Shown: positions 60,759-64,000 of the stretch, piece by piece | Numbering within the stretch: the stretch's first letter is position 1 | How the letters are laid out: every line of letters begins with the position of its first letter | Assembly (NCBI GenBank): GCA_964525675.1 | Contig: CAZGJW010000001.1 | Span: 40,467 to 104,466, forward strand | Origin: an uncultured Spirochaetota bacterium | GTDB lineage: Bacteria > Spirochaetota > B62-G9 > DRHN01 | Length of the DNA: 64,000 nt | Direction: 5' to 3' | The notes under the pieces: model-generated | Seen by the model: the letters and a program-made list of their open reading frames with translations, nothing else | Database searches by the model: none | What the model was told of the DNA's origin: nothing | Translations under genes and position numbers: made by a program

Positions 60759-61097
60759 ATGAATGCATTTCTTTTCAAAGGCATGGTATCGTCAATGAGC
60801 AGGCTAAAACGCTGGTATGACAAGAATCCTGAATTGAAAAAATGGCTTGAGAGGTTGAAACATGCAGAAGAGGAAAAGAGAAACATCATCCTCGACGGCA
60901 TCAAACAGCTTGACAGCAACTTCGATAGTGATCTCATTGATCGGCATGTGATGGAATTCCCCATGGAGATGAAAAGAAGGTGGTATGACCAGAATCCGTA
61001 CTGCTGGCTCATCATCAACGGATTGAAATATGCAGATGATATCTTCCTCCAGAAAGTGATAGATTACCTGCAAAGAGAGCTTCCGCATCCCCTATGA
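60759..61097 (+). CDS. hypothetical protein (112 aa)
   Basis: ORF only. Confidence 0.3.
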   Translation: MNAFLFKGMVSSMSRLKRWYDKNPELKKWLERLKHAEEEKRNIILDGIKQLDSNFDSDLIDRHVMEFPMEMKRRWYDQNPYCWLIINGLKYADDIFLQKVIDYLQRELPHPL

Positions 61098-61144
61098 TAC
61101 AAAAAGATTGACGAAATAAAAATATATATGTAAAATACATATGT

Positions 61145-61537
61145 ATGTTAAATAATTGTTGCAAAAGCAAGAACTGGAAGTACAACGATATCGTTTCCAC
61201 CGTCATTCTTATCCTATTGAACAGGGAACCTGATCACGGGTACAATATTATACATGCGGTTTCAGATTTGCTCGGTTATTCGCCCACATTGAACGGGATG
61301 ATATACAGACTCCTGGCGTTCTTTGAAATGAACGGTCTCGTCCGTTCCGAGTGGAAGATCGAGGAAGCATCCCAGCCGAAAAAGGTATATACGATAACAC
61401 AAAAAGGTGAATCAATTCTCAGGGAGAGAATCAGTATCTTAAAGGCTCAAATAAATCGATTGAAGGAAATCCTTACCCTGTATGAAGGAGGAACACAATG
61501 GTCATCGCATTTTCAGCAGACGACAATGAGGGATTGA
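61145..61537 (+). CDS. PadR-family transcriptional regulator
   Basis: Winged-helix pattern: PDHGYNIIHAVSDL...GMIYRLLAFFEMNGLVRSEW...KKVYTITQKGE. Confidence 0.6.
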   Translation: MLNNCCKSKNWKYNDIVSTVILILLNREPDHGYNIIHAVSDLLGYSPTLNGMIYRLLAFFEMNGLVRSEWKIEEASQPKKVYTITQKGESILRERISILKAQINRLKEILTLYEGGTQWSSHFQQTTMRD

Positions 61538-61899
61538 AATCCCGAATATCGCATCACTTCGGCAGGTGTCCTTACTACATTTTCGTCGAGGTCGAAAATA
61601 AAAACATTATTTCAGTAAACGGTGAAGAAAATCCGTACTACACGTCACATGAGCCCGGCGCTGTTCCCGGGTACATATCCTCAAAGAATGCCCACTTTAT
61701 AGTTACGGGCGGCATGGGGCCGAGGGCGGTACAGTTCTTCGAGCAGTACAAGATAGCCCCGATTATCGGTGTTTCAGGGATTATTGAAGATGTGCTGAAC
61801 GATATTCTGGAAGGCAAATATGAGGTTGTCGGTGTGCGGGATTACGATCCCTCAAAACATGACAGACACAAGGATGAACTGGGTCACGGGCATAATTAA
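61498..61899 (+). CDS. NifB/NifX-family (dinitrogenase FeMo-cofactor-binding fold) protein
   Basis: ISHHFGRCPYYIFVEV...FIVTGGMGPRAVQFFEQYKIAP pattern. Overlaps the PadR gene by 40 nt. Confidence 0.6.
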   Translation: MVIAFSADDNEGLKSRISHHFGRCPYYIFVEVENKNIISVNGEENPYYTSHEPGAVPGYISSKNAHFIVTGGMGPRAVQFFEQYKIAPIIGVSGIIEDVLNDILEGKYEVVGVRDYDPSKHDRHKDELGHGHN

Positions 61900-61920
61900 T
61901 TGCGGGTACGGCATACCCCG

Positions 61921-62664
61921 TCAGGTTGTCCTCAGTTTCCACAAAACAGAGAACGATTCTTCGAGGCGGGTGCCGAGCGCCTCACCCTGCCGGGTCGTCA
62001 CATCGTCCTCATTCTCGAATACCCCGTACGGAATGCTATATCCCCGAACCTGCAGGTAGTGCGCATCACGTGAGGAAAAATCCTCCCAGTCGCTCTCTCT
62101 GTACAGGGCTTCCATCTTGTCGTCGGGAAGGCTGTGCTGGAGAATGCTGCCGGAGTCGTTCGGGTTATACCGCTCTTTATTTTTTCGTACCGATTCAGAG
62201 TATGAAACATTGATATAGAGCACCGCTGCCGACTCGAGAATACGTTCTGAGAGATTCTCAAACGCGCGGGCAAACCCTCCGTGCTCCCTGCCCCGGGCAA
62301 ACTCGAGTATGGCTGTGCACGTCTTATGATAACGCGGGTCCCTTTTCAGTTTTTTTTCATATTCAAGGGAGATTCGCCGAATAAGCACATCCCATAGATG
62401 CATGTATTTAAAAAACCCGTCTTCTGTCGTATGCAGGCGAGGCTTTCCCATCTCGGTGAGAATTGTGTCCTCCTCAAACCACGACCAGAGCATGGGAAAG
62501 TCATCGATCTCTTCAAAATCTCCAATATGAAACCGCCGTTTGCGTTCACTTCTTCCAACGTTTTTCAGGTACTGTATAATTTCACTCTTACCTGCAGCAG
62601 GTCGTGCTACGAGCACAAGCACTGAAAATCTATTTGAGTCCCTTATCCTTCCTGTGATACTCAT
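61921..62664 (-). CDS. P-loop NTPase / small-molecule kinase-like protein
   Basis: Walker A: VLVLVARPAAGKSEI. 247 aa. The kinase assignment is inferred. Confidence 0.4.
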   Translation of the reverse strand: MSITGRIRDSNRFSVLVLVARPAAGKSEIIQYLKNVGRSERKRRFHIGDFEEIDDFPMLWSWFEEDTILTEMGKPRLHTTEDGFFKYMHLWDVLIRRISLEYEKKLKRDPRYHKTCTAILEFARGREHGGFARAFENLSERILESAAVLYINVSYSESVRKNKERYNPNDSGSILQHSLPDDKMEALYRESDWEDFSSRDAHYLQVRGYSIPYGVFENEDDVTTRQGEALGTRLEESFSVLWKLRTT

Positions 62665-62742
62665 TTCTTCACGTTCCTTCCGGCAAATTTTAAAAACAGG
62701 AAATCGATATAAGATACGAGCTCATCGCCCACATCAGGCCAG

Positions 62743-64000
62743 TCAGTATGAATAACTGCTCCCACCGATAAACTCCCTGAGGAGAGATGTGCCGGGAACT
62801 ACACTCTCCTCACTCCATTCCGGGAGCTCACTGAACATTTCAATAACCCGCTGAGCTCTGGCAAGCGCATCCGCCCTTTCGGGATCGTTTTTGAATTCTT
62901 CGATGAAGCCGGGAAAGAATCTGCCGAGCCTGTGCTTCATGATGGGAAGCTCATAGGGAAAAAAACTGTTGAGAATGTAATGAGCCTTTGTAATGCGTGA
63001 AATGATGTACCTCATTTCAGACCGCCGTACATAATGCCAGTGCGCGATTGTCTGCCCGGGGCTGTAATTTCTAAACTGCATATCCCGCACCATTCGACGA
63101 AGCATTCTGATATCGGCCCACCGTATGAACCGTCCCTCGCAGTTTTTTATCTGCGAGAGTGTTTCAATGTACAGGTTGAACTTATTCTGCTCGGGGATAT
63201 CACCGGTCATTTCCTCGAACATGCCGTGCAGAGAATCGATGAGAAGAATTTCTTTGTCCCCGAGTGAAAGACTTCCCGAGACCCCTTCCTTGTTGCCTGT
63301 CTTGAAATTATAGTAGGGAACCTGTATGGTTTTTCCGGCAAGAAGTGCCTTCAGATGTTCATTGATGAGCGCGAGGTCCAGAGCCTGCGGTGTTTCGTAG
63401 TCGTAATCACCGACCGCGTCCTTCGGCTGGTCCTTGAGATCGAAGAAATAATGATCCACATTCAGTGTAACGAGCCTGTACCCGAGCTTTTCCAGGTCTT
63501 TTTCTATTTTTATCGTGGTAGTCGTTTTGCCGGATGAGGAGGGACCGGATACGATGATTATTTTGATGTCTTCGATTCTGTCTTCAATGAGCCTCACAGC
63601 GCTTTCAAGCTCATTCGCGTAGAACCCCTCGGATACTGCCACCAGCTCGCCGAAACGGTTTTCTTCGATGTGTTCTCTGATCTGGTTCAGTTGAACGCAG
63701 CCCTGGTCTATTCCCCAGGAGAGCACATACCACAATTTCTGATAGGGGATGTTATCGGAGGAGTATGTCAGGCTCTCCCTGCCGGCCCGTTTGAGTGCGT
63801 GCTCGTAGCGGTATATTATGTATGCCTTTGCTGTCTTTGCGTGGCCACGTTCAATAAGCGATTTTTCGACGAGGTCCTGTACCTCCTCGACAGTCGGGTA
63901 ACTCTGCGGATAACCCGCAGATTCGAGACGCTCGATAACGTCGTCTGTTACCTTTTCGGCGGTTGCTCTTTCGCGCCCGCCGACGGCAATTGCCGCCTGA
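62743..64000 (-). CDS. ATP-cone domain + uridine-kinase/phosphoribulokinase-like nucleoside kinase; the 5' end lies beyond the window edge
   Basis: The frame stays open upstream of the listed alternative start (...IERLESAGYPQSYPTVEEVQDLVEKSL...AKAYIIYRYEHAL is ATP-cone-like). Downstream is IIIVSGPSSSGKTTTT, a Walker A, and a PRK/UK-like body. Confidence 0.55.
   Translation of the reverse strand, partial: QAAIAVGGRERATAEKVTDDVIERLESAGYPQSYPTVEEVQDLVEKSLIERGHAKTAKAYIIYRYEHALKRAGRESLTYSSDNIPYQKLWYVLSWGIDQGCVQLNQIREHIEENRFGELVAVSEGFYANELESAVRLIEDRIEDIKIIIVSGPSSSGKTTTTIKIEKDLEKLGYRLVTLNVDHYFFDLKDQPKDAVGDYDYETPQALDLALINEHLKALLAGKTIQVPYYNFKTGNKEGVSGSLSLGDKEILLIDSLHGMFEEMTGDIPEQNKFNLYIETLSQIKNCEGRFIRWADIRMLRRMVRDMQFRNYSPGQTIAHWHYVRRSEMRYIISRITKAHYILNSFFPYELPIMKHRLGRFFPGFIEEFKNDPERADALARAQRVIEMFSELPEWSEESVVPGTSLLREFIGGSSYSY

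Overview
This 64 kb window looks like bacterial chromosomal DNA of roughly 50% GC, densely coding, with many 4-nt start/stop overlaps that suggest operons. From 5.7 to 24.6 kb every gene lies on the minus strand. I can support the following content, in order along the window: a TctCAB tricarboxylate transporter; a 2-hydroxyacid dehydrogenase; a beta-helix lipoprotein; pdxA; a TrkA/TrkH potassium-uptake pair. Then comes a long co-directional block (12.3-24.6 kb) holding two GT-B glycosyltransferases, a dipeptide epimerase, a creatininase-family amidohydrolase, an unusual 857-aa DUF1611 + PP-loop (QueC-like) fusion, a fold-II PLP enzyme, an ATP-grasp ligase, and a polyamine module (agmatinase, pyruvoyl arginine decarboxylase, deoxyhypusine-synthase-like). 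After that: glycogen phosphorylase, phosphoketolase, mprF, and an OmpA/OMP/LapA-like envelope trio. Next is a corrinoid-dependent methyltransferase cluster with three non-pyrrolysine MttB-superfamily paralogs, a corrinoid protein and DUF364, TsaA-like, DUF1638, DUF89 and J-domain accessory genes. The window ends with clpS-clpA-aat, arfB, a B12-binding radical SAM protein, aconitase, msrA, a PadR/NifX-like pair and a partial ATP-cone + uridine-kinase-like gene. Structural oddities include a ~157-bp near-identical inverted repeat pair (35.47 kb and 48.78 kb, with a diverged third copy at 38.67 kb) bracketing 13 kb. There are at least four decayed gene remnants: Tm-1-like with an in-frame TAG, mgtA with a clean internal deletion, arsC, and pcm-like. 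There is also a 24-bp x3 in-frame tandem repeat inside the agmatinase gene. I found no rRNA, tRNA or CRISPR array. All functional calls rest on my reading of conserved motifs in the translations; no database search was run.
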